Origin: Emticicia sp.
GTDB lineage: Bacteria > Bacteroidota > Bacteroidia > Cytophagales > Spirosomataceae
Direction: 5' to 3'
Length of the DNA: 64,000 nucleotides
Assembly: GCA_031378345.1 (NCBI GenBank)
Contig: JANNDY010000034.1
Location: 107,603 to 171,602 of the forward strand
The notes under the pieces were generated by a model. It ran no database searches, was not told where the DNA came from, and worked only from the letters and a program-made list of their open reading frames with translations. The number at the start of each line of letters is the position of its first letter. The first letter of the stretch is position 1. The position numbers and the translations under genes were made by a program. Below are positions 47,631 to 57,503 of the stretch, piece after piece.

Positions 47631-49103
47631 CTAATTTATAACTTTTCCGTGTTCGAGTTTTAATCTTTTATCAACACACTTTGGGATTTCATCTTCATAA
47701 TGTGTAACATAAATGAGTGTTTTGTCTAATTTTTGGACTAATTCATTGACCAAATCTCGGAAATAAACCAAGTGATTATAATCTAATCCTTGGCAAGGTT
47801 CGTCTAATAAAAGTAGCGGCGGATTTTTGATTAACGCTCTTGCCAAAAACACTTGCCGCTGCTCTCCTGTTGAAAGTTGATAGATTTTTCGTTCAGCTAA
47901 ATGATTGATATTCAATAGTTTAAGATATTTTTCCGTCAATTCTCTTTCTTCATCACTTAGTTTTTTAAAAAGCCCAGCCGAGTCAAATAACCCTGATGCC
48001 GTGGCTTTCCAAACTTCTGTATTTCGATTAAAATACAAGTGCAACTCAGGCGAAACATAGCCGATGCGTTGCTTAATATCCCAAATACTTTCGCCCGAAC
48101 CACGCTTGCGATCGAAAAGGTCATAATCGTTTTGATAACCTTGCGGATTGTCGGCAGTGATTAGACTTAAAATTGTACTTTTCCCTGAGCCGTTGGGTCC
48201 CATCAATGCCCACTTTTCACCTCGTTTTACTTGCCAATTTACTTTATCAACTACATTTATTCCTTTGTAACTCACGCTTACGTTTCGCATATTTAAGGCA
48301 AAAACGAAGTCGTTTCGAGAAGGATATTTTTCTATTAATTCTAAAATTTCGGGTTGAAGATTTGAGCTCGATTTGTGGATAACTTGTTGAAAGTCAGACA
48401 TCTGTGTGGACAACCTGACTATTTTTCCTTCTTTCAATTCTAAAATATGATTTATACAAGACGGAATTTCATTTGGCGAAGTTACAATGATAATTTGCAC
48501 GCCAGATTTGGTAACTTTATTCAAAACTTCGTGAAGTGTTGCCCTACTTTCTATGTCCAAACCAATGAAAGGATTATCAAGTAAAAGAAGTTTTGGTTTT
48601 CGTAATAAAGACAAAGTTATGAGCGTTCGGCGAGTTTCTCCATTGGAAAGCGTAACGATGTTTCGGTCTAATAAATGACTGATTTTAAGCAGTTTAGCAA
48701 CTTTTTCGAGTACTTCATTAGAAAACTCAGGCGGTGGAAGTTGGACCGATTTTTCATTGACCGTTCCAATTGGCTTGATTTGATTTTGCAAGATTTCTCG
48801 TACCGTTGGAGCAATTTCGGCATCCATTGAGTTGAATCTTTGTTGGTAATATTGCGTAGCCGATTGCACGATTCTATTAAAACTATAATCTTTTGCTACA
48901 AAAGCGATTTCATCATAATTTGGCTTTGTGATAGTTCCATTTAGTGGGAATATTTTTCCAGCAATTGCATCTAAAAATGTACTTTTTCCAGCCCCATTTT
49001 CGCCAACAATTGCCCAATTTTCGCCCTCTATTGCTTGCCAATTAATGTTTTCTAAAACTATTCGGTCTCCTTTTTGAATACTTACTTGGTGGAATTTTAT
49101 CAT
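47631..49103 (-). CDS. ABC ATPase with two nucleotide-binding domains (ModF-like), no membrane partner
   Basis: Two Walker A motifs (GENGAGKST, GPNGSGKST), two signature motifs (LSNGE, LSTGE) and two Walker B motifs. Start at the internal MIKFHQV. Confidence 0.8.
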   Translation of the reverse strand: MIKFHQVSIQKGDRIVLENINWQAIEGENWAIVGENGAGKSTFLDAIAGKIFPLNGTITKPNYDEIAFVAKDYSFNRIVQSATQYYQQRFNSMDAEIAPTVREILQNQIKPIGTVNEKSVQLPPPEFSNEVLEKVAKLLKISHLLDRNIVTLSNGETRRTLITLSLLRKPKLLLLDNPFIGLDIESRATLHEVLNKVTKSGVQIIIVTSPNEIPSCINHILELKEGKIVRLSTQMSDFQQVIHKSSSNLQPEILELIEKYPSRNDFVFALNMRNVSVSYKGINVVDKVNWQVKRGEKWALMGPNGSGKSTILSLITADNPQGYQNDYDLFDRKRGSGESIWDIKQRIGYVSPELHLYFNRNTEVWKATASGLFDSAGLFKKLSDEERELTEKYLKLLNINHLAERKIYQLSTGEQRQVFLARALIKNPPLLLLDEPCQGLDYNHLVYFRDLVNELVQKLDKTLIYVTHYEDEIPKCVDKRLKLEHGKVIN

Positions 49104-49266
49104 TAATGTAATTGGGATTTTTTTAGTGGTTTTACTCGTAAATAAAGATAATAAAACAGCAATCAATAAACATTTTTCGTCTTCAATTTAGAGAATAAAA
49201 AACATTTACAAAAATAGTAAAAATAAACAACCCTAAAACGGCAATTTTTGCCTAAACTCTTTTCCG

Positions 49267-49274
49267 TAAATTTG
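49267..49274 (+). promoter_or_regulatory. Bacteroidota -7 promoter box
   Basis: taaatttg, 72 nt upstream of the ATG at 49346. Confidence 0.3.
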
Positions 49275-49345
49275 TGTTATTACAAAAAAACACTATATTT
49301 CCTTAGAATTATAGTATAAAAACTCGTGTTACGCTAACCACATTT

Positions 49346-50614
49346 ATGAAAAAGCTCGCCAAGTTAGGCATATTAGCTATCTTTGTGGTAATCAGCCAAT
49401 TGGTTTATGCCCAAAAAAGCAAAAAAAAAGACGATCGTTATGGGTTTCACTTCATTGGCAAACACCAAAAGTCTGCCAGATTTTCTTTTGACCTTCACGC
49501 CAACCTTATAGTAGTAAAAGCAACCCTCGACGACTCTGATACTCTTCGATTTATACTTGATACTGGTGTAAGCTCGACTATTATTACTGACCCAAAAAGA
49601 GCCTTAACACTTGGTGTAAACTATGTTCGACGAGTGAAAATTTCAGGGGCTGGTGAAGGTGAGGCACTCATGGCAAATGTGTCGGTTGGGCATACTATCA
49701 AAATCGGTGATATTATAGCTACCAAACAAAATTTGGTGGTTTTGGACGAAGATGTACTCAAACTTTCAGAGTTTTTGGGTGTACCGATTCATGGGATTTT
49801 TGGTCATGATATTTTCAGTAATTTTGTTGTTACAATTGATTTTGAAAATAAGAAGCTTAACCTGACCGACCCTTCGAGATTTAAGTATAAGAAAGCAATG
49901 GGGGCACAATATCCTATAGTTTTGACGCAATCGAAGCCTTACACAGAAGCCATTGCGATGGTCAGAAATGATACGGTGATACCGATGAGGCTCGTCATAG
50001 ATACAGGTGCAGGACACGCTCTGTTGCTCAATGCAGGCATAAATGAACCTATTCGCTTGCCCGACAAAGTAATGAGAGCAAATCTTGGGCGTGGACTAAA
50101 TGGTGAAATAAATGGACATATCGGGCGAGTTGATATGATACGAATGGGTAGTATCGAAATGAAAAATATTTTGGCTTCATTTCCTGATAGCCTGTCATTT
50201 AGCATGAAATTTACGCCCGAAGCCGAAAAACGACAAGGAAGCATTGGCTGCGAATTGTTGCGAAGGTTTGTCGTTACGCTCAATTATCGTGAGGGCTACA
50301 TGATATTAAGACCTTTACGGAATCGTATGAAAGAAGCATTTGAGCATGACATGAGTGGCTTGGATGTGCGGGCAAAAGGCGATAAATTTAATCAATATAT
50401 TGTCAATAAAGTGATTGAAGACTCCCCTGCCGACAAAGCTGGGCTACAAGAAGAAGACGAGCTGATTTTTGTTAATGACCAAAATGTGAAAGAATTGACA
50501 ATAAGCGATATATATAAAATTTTATCTCGAAAAGAAGGCAAAGAAGTAGCGTTTTTTTATAGAAGAAAAGGTGAGTTGAAATTTGCAAGTTTTAAATTGA
50601 AACGAATGATTTGA
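49346..50614 (+). CDS. Secreted retropepsin-like aspartyl protease (two DTG lobes) with a C-terminal PDZ domain
   Basis: FILDTGVSSTII and LVIDTGAGHALL. PDZ-like region VIEDSPADKAGLQEEDELIFVND. Confidence 0.6.
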   Translation: MKKLAKLGILAIFVVISQLVYAQKSKKKDDRYGFHFIGKHQKSARFSFDLHANLIVVKATLDDSDTLRFILDTGVSSTIITDPKRALTLGVNYVRRVKISGAGEGEALMANVSVGHTIKIGDIIATKQNLVVLDEDVLKLSEFLGVPIHGIFGHDIFSNFVVTIDFENKKLNLTDPSRFKYKKAMGAQYPIVLTQSKPYTEAIAMVRNDTVIPMRLVIDTGAGHALLLNAGINEPIRLPDKVMRANLGRGLNGEINGHIGRVDMIRMGSIEMKNILASFPDSLSFSMKFTPEAEKRQGSIGCELLRRFVVTLNYREGYMILRPLRNRMKEAFEHDMSGLDVRAKGDKFNQYIVNKVIEDSPADKAGLQEEDELIFVNDQNVKELTISDIYKILSRKEGKEVAFFYRRKGELKFASFKLKRMI

Positions 50615-50675
50615 GTTCAATGATAGAATGATAGAGTGAATGATAGAATTTATTTTTTCACTCACTCTGAACTCT

Positions 50676-51734
50676 TCACTGAATTTTCGTCCAGGCACTC
50701 CAGTCGCTTTTGGCTTCTAATTTTGCTTCGATTTCGTTGGGCAACTTTGCAAAAAAATCCAAACCTGTTACCTTTTCTACTTCGTCGATTGGTACGACAT
50801 AATTATTCATTCTTTTGCCAAAAAGTGCTTCATTTGGCAGCAAAAAGGCAATTGCACGAGAAGTTTTGCCAGAATTTGGTTGATAAAACAAAACAATTTT
50901 ATAAAAAAACTCAGGTACAGCTACATTATTATATCGACCAATTGTGGGCAAACCTTTTCGCAAAACAGGACCAGTTACCACAAATAATTCTTCATCTCGC
51001 ACCGACCAGCCACGAATCCTGCTTTCGATATTTTCCCAAATCCCACGGTTAAAATCTGGTACTTGCGGGGCAATATTACTCATAAAAAAAGTTTCGTTCA
51101 TCAATTCTTGGCAACATTTAAAATCCCCTGCGGGCAACATATGTCCACGGTCATAGCCCGAGTTGCTATAATCGCCAGTCAATGCCGAATTATTCTTCAC
51201 TTTTCGGTCAGGAATAAACTGATTTCCAGCTCTATTGGCAATTCCTTTTGTATATTCTCCACGCAATTTATGCACCACCCACGCAGGCACTTCATACTCT
51301 TCTTCGTAGCGAAGTGTATAGTTTTTATGCTTGATTATTTCATCACCTTTTTTGATAGCTGGCAAAGCAAAATCTGGAATTTCGCTCTCTGTTGGGGTTT
51401 CATCTTGACCAAAAACTTTGTCTTTTATTTTGGTAATTTTATCAAAAATCGAAGGTTCATCTTGTGTAGTTGCTTCATTATCAGTGGTTTTTGAGTTTTT
51501 GTTATTAGTGGCGGTTGCTACATTATCACCGTTATTGGCAGTTGCTTCGTTGTCTGGCTCAGGTGCTTTATAAGGATTTTTTTTATCAGAAATACTTTCT
51601 TTTGATTGAAAAACGCCTGAAACTGTCTGCCAAAATTTCCCGAAAGGCCCTGCCTTATCTTTGAAATAAAGCACATAGCCAATGCCAAAAAATATTAAAA
51701 TTAAAATAATGCGGTTAGATTTCATCAATATCAT
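50676..51734 (-). CDS. DNA/RNA non-specific endonuclease (NucA/EndoG beta-beta-alpha-Me family), membrane-anchored
   Basis: SGYDRGHMLPAGDF active site and NIAPQ; N/T/A-rich linker after the TM anchor. Confidence 0.8.
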   Translation of the reverse strand: MILMKSNRIILILIFFGIGYVLYFKDKAGPFGKFWQTVSGVFQSKESISDKKNPYKAPEPDNEATANNGDNVATATNNKNSKTTDNEATTQDEPSIFDKITKIKDKVFGQDETPTESEIPDFALPAIKKGDEIIKHKNYTLRYEEEYEVPAWVVHKLRGEYTKGIANRAGNQFIPDRKVKNNSALTGDYSNSGYDRGHMLPAGDFKCCQELMNETFFMSNIAPQVPDFNRGIWENIESRIRGWSVRDEELFVVTGPVLRKGLPTIGRYNNVAVPEFFYKIVLFYQPNSGKTSRAIAFLLPNEALFGKRMNNYVVPIDEVEKVTGLDFFAKLPNEIEAKLEAKSDWSAWTKIQ

Positions 51735-51932
51735 TTTTGTAGCACAATTCTCTGAATTGTGATTAATTAACAATACAATTCGGAGAATTGTACTACTTGT
51801 TTGCAAGTTTACAACAAAACGTACAAGTTTAATAATTATGCAGCCTTTTCTCGAAATATTATTTTTGTTGAACTCTATTCCGACTTCTCGCTTTTGCTCT
51901 TATCTTTGTTTCTCAAAACTAACACAATAAAC

Positions 51933-53756
51933 ATGAAAAGAAACATCTTCAAAAATTTTGTTTTTTGTAGCTTTTGGGCATCTACAGCTTTCGCCCAACA
52001 AACAATTCCGCTAAATGATATGTCGGCTTTTAGACCTATCAAAGAAAACTGGAGCATCGTTGGCAGTGCCGCTTCCAATATTGACCAAACAAATATAATG
52101 ACCACAGAAGCTGGCACGGGCATTTTGGTTTGTAAGCACGAAATCGGCAAATATGGCATCGAAAAAGACCTTTTGAGCAATATGGAGCATGGCAATTTGG
52201 ACATTGACCTTGATTTTATGATGGCAAAAGGTTCAAATTCGGGCATTTATTTGCAAGGTCGATATGAGATTCAGTTGTTTGATAGTTGGGGCAAAAAAAC
52301 ACCAAAATATGGTGATTGTGGCGGAATTTATGAGCGTTGGGACGACTCAAAACCCGAAGGCTCAAAAGGCTACCAAGGCATTGCACCACGCATAAACGTA
52401 GCAAAAGCCCCTGGTTTATGGCAAAACATAAAGATTTCGTTTCAAGCCCCACGCTTCGATGCCACAGGGAAAAAGATTAGTAATGCCAAAATTCTTTCGA
52501 TTATTATGAACGATATTTTGATTCATGAAAACGTTGAAATGACTGGACAAACACGTGGAGCTTTAATTGATAATGAAGTGGCACAAGGTCCATTGCGTTT
52601 TCAAGGCGACCACGGAAATGTGGCTTTCAGAAATATAAAATACAAGAGTTATAATGAAAAAAAACTCATATTCAGCGATTTGAAATTTGGTGTTTATAAA
52701 GGCAATTTCCGAACAATTGATGATGTTGAAAAAATAAAACCAACCTTAAATGGCAACGCAATGCTATTAAATTGGGCAGTAAGTAATGCTGAAAATGAAT
52801 TTGCCGTAAAATATGTGGGCAAAATAAAAGTGCCCGAGGCAGGAAAATATACTTTCACGACTGTTCATGGGGGCAATACCCAAATGAAAATTAATGGAAA
52901 AGAGGCATTCAAAAATGGTTGGTTGAATTCGGGCGAAGGTCGTCAAATGACCATCGAACTTCCTGCGGGCGATGTTGATTTTGAAATGTATTATTGGAAA
53001 AGTGATGGTTGGCTTCAACCATCGTTGGGGCTTTATGCCGAGTCGGAAACCATTCGTCGACACCCGCTTCATTACCCAAATTCGGCTTTGGTAACAAACC
53101 CCGTTTCACCGATTTTGCTTAATACTGCTACCGAACCTGTGCTTTTACGCTCATTTATGGACATCAAAGAAGGCGAAAAAAACAAGCGTGTGGTTCATGC
53201 GATTTCGGTCGGGAATAAAGAAAACATTCATTACACTTACGATTTAGATAACGGAGCTTTGTTTCAGATTTGGAAAGGTGGTTTTTTGAATACAACACCT
53301 ATGTGGAACGACCGTGGCGATGGAAGTTCAAAACCTATGGGAAGTTTGACTTCTTTGAGCGATTCGCCAACTTTGATGGTGCTTGATTCGCCCGAAAAAC
53401 CTTGGGGCGTTTTGGACGCTTCGTTTCGTCCGAGAGGGTATGATTTAGATGAAAACGGTCAACCAACAATCAAATATGACTTGAAAGGCGTACAGGTTTC
53501 TGACAAAATAACACCAAGCGAAGACGGCAAAATGTTCAAGCGTGAAATAGCTGTAAAAGGTTCATTATCAAATATTTATGGGAGATTGGCGACTGCAAAA
53601 AATATTACAAAAACACCCGAAGGCTTATTCATAGTTGGTGATAATGCCTATTTCATAAAAGTGATTGAAGGCTCGCCAAGTATTAGAGAATCCAACGGCA
53701 TGAAAGAGCTGATTGTGCCAATTGGTGAAAAACTTTCTTATTCAATTATTTGGTAA
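51933..53756 (+). CDS. DUF1080 (3-keto-disaccharide hydrolase-like) plus PA14-like domain protein
   Basis: Signal peptide; SNSGIYLQGRYEIQLFDSWG..GDCGGIYERWD; PA14-like region KYVGKIKVPEAGKYTFTT. Confidence 0.65.
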   Translation: MKRNIFKNFVFCSFWASTAFAQQTIPLNDMSAFRPIKENWSIVGSAASNIDQTNIMTTEAGTGILVCKHEIGKYGIEKDLLSNMEHGNLDIDLDFMMAKGSNSGIYLQGRYEIQLFDSWGKKTPKYGDCGGIYERWDDSKPEGSKGYQGIAPRINVAKAPGLWQNIKISFQAPRFDATGKKISNAKILSIIMNDILIHENVEMTGQTRGALIDNEVAQGPLRFQGDHGNVAFRNIKYKSYNEKKLIFSDLKFGVYKGNFRTIDDVEKIKPTLNGNAMLLNWAVSNAENEFAVKYVGKIKVPEAGKYTFTTVHGGNTQMKINGKEAFKNGWLNSGEGRQMTIELPAGDVDFEMYYWKSDGWLQPSLGLYAESETIRRHPLHYPNSALVTNPVSPILLNTATEPVLLRSFMDIKEGEKNKRVVHAISVGNKENIHYTYDLDNGALFQIWKGGFLNTTPMWNDRGDGSSKPMGSLTSLSDSPTLMVLDSPEKPWGVLDASFRPRGYDLDENGQPTIKYDLKGVQVSDKITPSEDGKMFKREIAVKGSLSNIYGRLATAKNITKTPEGLFIVGDNAYFIKVIEGSPSIRESNGMKELIVPIGEKLSYSIIW

Positions 53757-53835
53757 AGGCAAAGCTGTTCAAAGTTTGCAACTTTGAACCTAAGAATCAA
53801 ATCAAGTCTTTGACTTTAATTAATCCTACTTCAAA

Positions 53836-55756
53836 ATGAAAAACATCATAAAAATATTCGTCTTTTTACTAACATTTTCGAGTGTGTTTGCCCAAAATAC
53901 TGCCGAAAATGACTATTATCGTATCCTTACTTTGCCAGTTGCCGAAGGTACACTTTTGGAAGTTGGCGGCATTACGACTATACCCAATGGCGACATAGCT
54001 TTGGCAACTCGCCGTGGCGATATTTGGATTATCAATAATGCCTACATGAATAATGGCACTGCTCCATTTTATAGAAAATTTGCTTCTGGTTTGCACGAAA
54101 TCTTAGGACTTGTCTATAAAAATGGCTCTTTTTACTGCACTCAAAGAGGAGAATTGACAAAATTGACTGATAAAAACGGCGATGGAAAAGCAGATTCTTA
54201 CGAAACAATTGCAAATTTACCAATCTCAGGTCATTACCACGAATATACTTTTGGACCAAAACTCATGCCCGACGGCTCAATGATTATTACGGGAAATGTT
54301 GCCTTTGGTGACGAAGAATGGTGGAGAGGCGAAAGCCGTGTGCCGTGGAGAGGTTGGGCATTGAAAATTACCGAAGATGGCAAAATCGAACCTTTCGCAA
54401 CAGGCATGCGTTCGCCTTGCGGTATCGGTGCAATTGATGGTGAGTTTTGGTACGGCGACAACCAAGGCGATTGGATGGGTTCGGGCTTTATTTCCCAAGT
54501 AAACAAAGGTGATTTTATGGGACATCCCGCAGGTTTGCGTTGGACTGGCGAGCCTAATTCCCCTGTCAAACTAACAACTGAGCAACTTTATGCAAAACTT
54601 GACCCACGCAAAACCAAAGATGCCAACGGACGATATATCAAACCCGAAGACATTGCAAGTGATAGAGGAAAGTACCTTTTTGAGGTAAAAAAAGATATTC
54701 CAGAAATCAAATTACCAGCTGTTTGGTTGCCGCATGGAGTGCTTGGAATATCAACTTCTGAGATAATTAAGGACGAAACCAATGGTGCTTTCGGACCATT
54801 TGCAGGACAACTCTTTGTGGGCGACCAAGGCAAAAGTAACCTCACAAGGGTATTTATCGAAAAAATTAATGGTGAATATCAGGGTGCGGCTTTTGCTTTC
54901 AAAGATGGTTTTCAGTCTGGCACGCTTCGCATGGTTTTTGGCAATGACGGCTCCATGTTTGTTGGCGAAACCAACCGTGGCTGGGGTTCGGCAGGAACAA
55001 CAACTTCTGGCATCGAGCGTTTGGTTTGGACAGGAAAAATGCCTTTTGAAATGAAAACCGTCAAAGCCATGCCTGATGGTTTTGAGGTAGAATTTACAAA
55101 ACCTGTCAATAAAGCTACTGCCAATGACTTCAAAAATTACCAAATTCGTAGCTTTATTTATAAATACCAGCCAGTTTATGGCAGGCCCTATGGTTGATGA
55201 GAAATTTTTGAATGTAAAAGGCTTGAAACTTTCGTACGATGGTATGAAAGTCAGGCTTTTGGTTGATGGTTTGAGAGAACATTTTATTCATGAATTAAAA
55301 ATTGATGGCGTAAAAGATTTGGACGACAAAACGCTTTTGCACAACATGGCTTTTTATACTTTGAATAATATTCCGTCTGGCGAAAAAATGAGTAGTTTCG
55401 TACCTCGTCCTTCAAATATGGCTGTTACCAGTACTACAACCGCCGAAGTAAAACTCACTACGCCCGACGATAAAACTGCCAAAACAAAAACCAAAAAAGC
55501 CCCAACCTACGAAGAAATAAAGCCTTTATTGCAAAAACACACTTGCTTGGCTTGCCACCAAACCGAAAAACGCCAAGTTGGACCAGCCTATAAAGATGTA
55601 GCAAAAAGAGGCTATTCTGATGAAAAAATTGTGGAACTCATCTATAATCCAAACCCAAAAAACTGGGCAGGATATACCGAAATGTTAGCCATGCCGCAAG
55701 TGCCAAAAGCTGACGCCTTGAAAATCGCCGCTTGGATAAATTCTTTGAAGAAGTAG
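53836..55756 (+). pseudogene. Beta-propeller dehydrogenase-like / c-type cytochrome (CxxCH) protein interrupted by a +1 frameshift
   Basis: Track ORFs 53836-55197 and 55124-55756 overlap in different frames. Removing one g from aggccc (55183-55188) reads ..YKYQPVYGSPMVDEKF.. continuously. CLACH heme motif in the C-terminal part. Confidence 0.6.
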
Positions 55757-55809
55757 GGAAATAGTTATACAAACAAGCTCTTTCAGATTTTAGGGGGGCT
55801 TGTTAGGAT

Positions 55810-55862
55810 TCCCTTTGAATATATAAATGACTGATAATCAGCTATTTATATATTCAAAGGGA
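55810..55862. repeat. 53-bp near-perfect palindrome
   Basis: tccctttgaatatataaat (55810-55828) is the reverse complement of 55844-55862. The centre gactgataatcagct is itself nearly palindromic. Confidence 0.8.
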
Positions 55863-55990
55863 AGCCTAAAAAACTAAAAGGTAGAGATGCATATCGCATT
55901 CGCACAGGCGACTATCGCATCATTTATTGCATTTTTGATAACGAAAAAGTATTGCCGATGTGGTGGGATTTGAAAAACGTCAGCCGAAAT
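55853..55990 (+). pseudogene. RelE/ParE-family toxin gene remnant (lacks N-terminus and native C-terminus)
   Basis: Translates FKGKPKKLKGRDAYRIRTGDYRIIYCIFDNEKVL (core RelE/ParE signature), then diverges. In-frame stops lie immediately upstream (55835-55837). Confidence 0.55.
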
Positions 55991-56062
55991 TTAGCACCAA
56001 AGTTCATTAGAAGTACAATGTTTAAATTTAGTACAAATGCCCCACTTTTGCAAAACCCCCTG

Positions 56063-56962
56063 TTAGCCGATCGCCCTTTTTTTCGTCAAGTTTAATTCTG
56101 TTTTATATTCTGTCTCTGGTTCTTCAACTACAAATAATTCTTGTTCTTTTTTGAAGTCAAAACAGCCTAATTTTTGTTTGTAACTTGCAAATACTTTATT
56201 GTTTTCAATTTCAAGTTTTCTGTTTTTACTAATGTTCAAAAATTCTTCTTCTTGGTCAATTCCTAAAAATCTTCTGTTAGCCAAGTTTGATGCAATTCCT
56301 GTCGTACTACTTCCTGTAAATGGGTCAAGTATCCAAGCATTTGGCTTTGTAGAAGCCAAAATTAAACGTGTCAAAACAGATAAAGGTTTTTGTGTTGGGT
56401 GTTTCCCACAAGATTTTTCCCAGGGAGCAATGGCTGGCAACTTCCAAACGTCTTTCATTTGTTTGTCGTCATTTAGTTGCTTCATTAGTTCATAGTTGTA
56501 ATAATGAGGAACTTTATCACTTTTCCTTGCCCAAATTATTTGTTCTGTTGAATAGGTGAAGTAACGGCAAGAAAAATTTGGTGGTGGATTTGACTTTTCC
56601 CAAGTGATTACGTTTAGAATTTTAAAACCTAACTCGTTTAGGATTTGTCCAACTGAAAAAATGTTGTGCATTGTACCACTTATCCAAATTGTAGCATCGT
56701 CTTTCATTTTTTCTCTCGCCAATGTTAGCCACTTTCGATTAAAGTCGTTTATAAATTCAAAACCTTCCGATTTATCCCATTTTCCTTTGTTTACGCTTAC
56801 GATTTTGCCACTTTGAATTGAAAGTCCATTGTTTGAAAGGAAATAAGGTGGGTCTGCAAAAATCATATCAAACTTATGGTCGAATTGTGGCAAAAGTTCC
56901 ATTGTATCTCCGTGAAGAAGATAAAAATCTTTGTTGATTGATTTGAAATAAGGGTTTATCAT
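56063..56962 (-). CDS. Beta-class N6-adenine DNA methyltransferase, DpnA/M2.DpnII-like (GATC)
   Basis: MIFADPPYFLSNNG, KILNVITWEKSNPPPNFSCRYFTYSTEQIIWARK, KHPTQKP, ILDPFTGSSTTG. Near-colinear with DpnA as I remember it. Confidence 0.85.
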   Translation of the reverse strand: MINPYFKSINKDFYLLHGDTMELLPQFDHKFDMIFADPPYFLSNNGLSIQSGKIVSVNKGKWDKSEGFEFINDFNRKWLTLAREKMKDDATIWISGTMHNIFSVGQILNELGFKILNVITWEKSNPPPNFSCRYFTYSTEQIIWARKSDKVPHYYNYELMKQLNDDKQMKDVWKLPAIAPWEKSCGKHPTQKPLSVLTRLILASTKPNAWILDPFTGSSTTGIASNLANRRFLGIDQEEEFLNISKNRKLEIENNKVFASYKQKLGCFDFKKEQELFVVEEPETEYKTELNLTKKRAIG

Positions 56963-57201
56963 TCTTCTAACATATCAGCTAAAAAGTGTAACAATGTACC
57001 TAATTCATGACTTCCTTCTGTGAATCCATATTTTTCGCAGTTATCGGGAATAACCAAATCCCTAAATTTTATATCTGAATCAGAAGACACAAGTCTAAGA
57101 GCATTAACTAAAATACTAATTTTTTCACTTGGAAAGGTCGTAAAAATAGAATTATTATGATGGGATTGTAGCTGTGAATTGGTAATAGTTAATGATTTCA
57201 T
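56959..57201 (-). CDS. 80-aa hypothetical protein translationally coupled to the DpnA-like methylase
   Basis: Its stop overlaps the methylase ATG (ATGA). Divergent from the C-protein gene. No recognisable motif. Confidence 0.4.
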   Translation of the reverse strand: MKSLTITNSQLQSHHNNSIFTTFPSEKISILVNALRLVSSDSDIKFRDLVIPDNCEKYGFTEGSHELGTLLHFLADMLEE

Positions 57202-57236
57202 ATATTTTTTTACAAATATAGTAAAAAAAACAACAT

Positions 57237-57251
57237 CACACTTATTGTGTG
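57237..57251. promoter_or_regulatory. Candidate C-box operator in the divergent promoter region
   Basis: Inverted repeat cacac-ttatt-gtgtg followed by tagatt, 36-50 nt upstream of the C-protein ATG. Confidence 0.25.
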
Positions 57252-57286
57252 TAGATTTTTATTTTTAAAAGAATGACTTTTGACAA

Positions 57287-57499
57287 ATGAAAAATGAAGT
57301 AATTATAAAATTTGGAAATAAAGTTCGTCAACTTAGGCTTTCTAAAAATCTTTCACAAGAAGTTCTTGCAGAGAAAAGTGGTCTTCACCGAAATTATATT
57401 GGTATGGTTGAACGGGGTGAAAGAAATCCTTCTTTAATAAATATTGAAAAATTAGCTAATTCTCTTGAAATATCTTTGACAGATTTATTTAAACTTTAA
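57287..57499 (+). CDS. Restriction-modification controller (C) protein, XRE-type HTH
   Basis: 70 aa; [39 protein letters not shown]. Sits 4 nt upstream of the endonuclease gene. Confidence 0.7.
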   Translation: MKNEVIIKFGNKVRQLRLSKNLSQEVLAEKSGLHRNYIGMVERGERNPSLINIEKLANSLEISLTDLFKL

Positions 57500-57503
57500 A
57501 AAA

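Noticed and set aside
50636-51494. Plus-strand ORFs 50636-51052, 50944-51156 and 51063-51494
   Set aside because: They are antisense to the NucA-family endonuclease, which carries the DRGH active site. Their composition is odd (Cys/Phe/Ile-rich).
53767-53789. Hairpin gttcaaagtt-tgc-aactttgaac after the DUF1080/PA14 gene as a terminator
   Set aside because: It has a perfect 10-bp stem but no following T-run, and the next gene is co-oriented 47 nt away. I did not call it as a terminator; it may only be an mRNA-stabilising hairpin.
54032-55143. Cluster of antisense and alternative-frame ORFs (54032-54259, 54234-54569, 54277-54525, 54588-54845, 54751-55143, 54782-55054, 54912-55133)
   Set aside because: All lie within the relatively GC-richer dehydrogenase-like gene, where stop codons are rare in other frames. 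None has a recognisable motif or start context.
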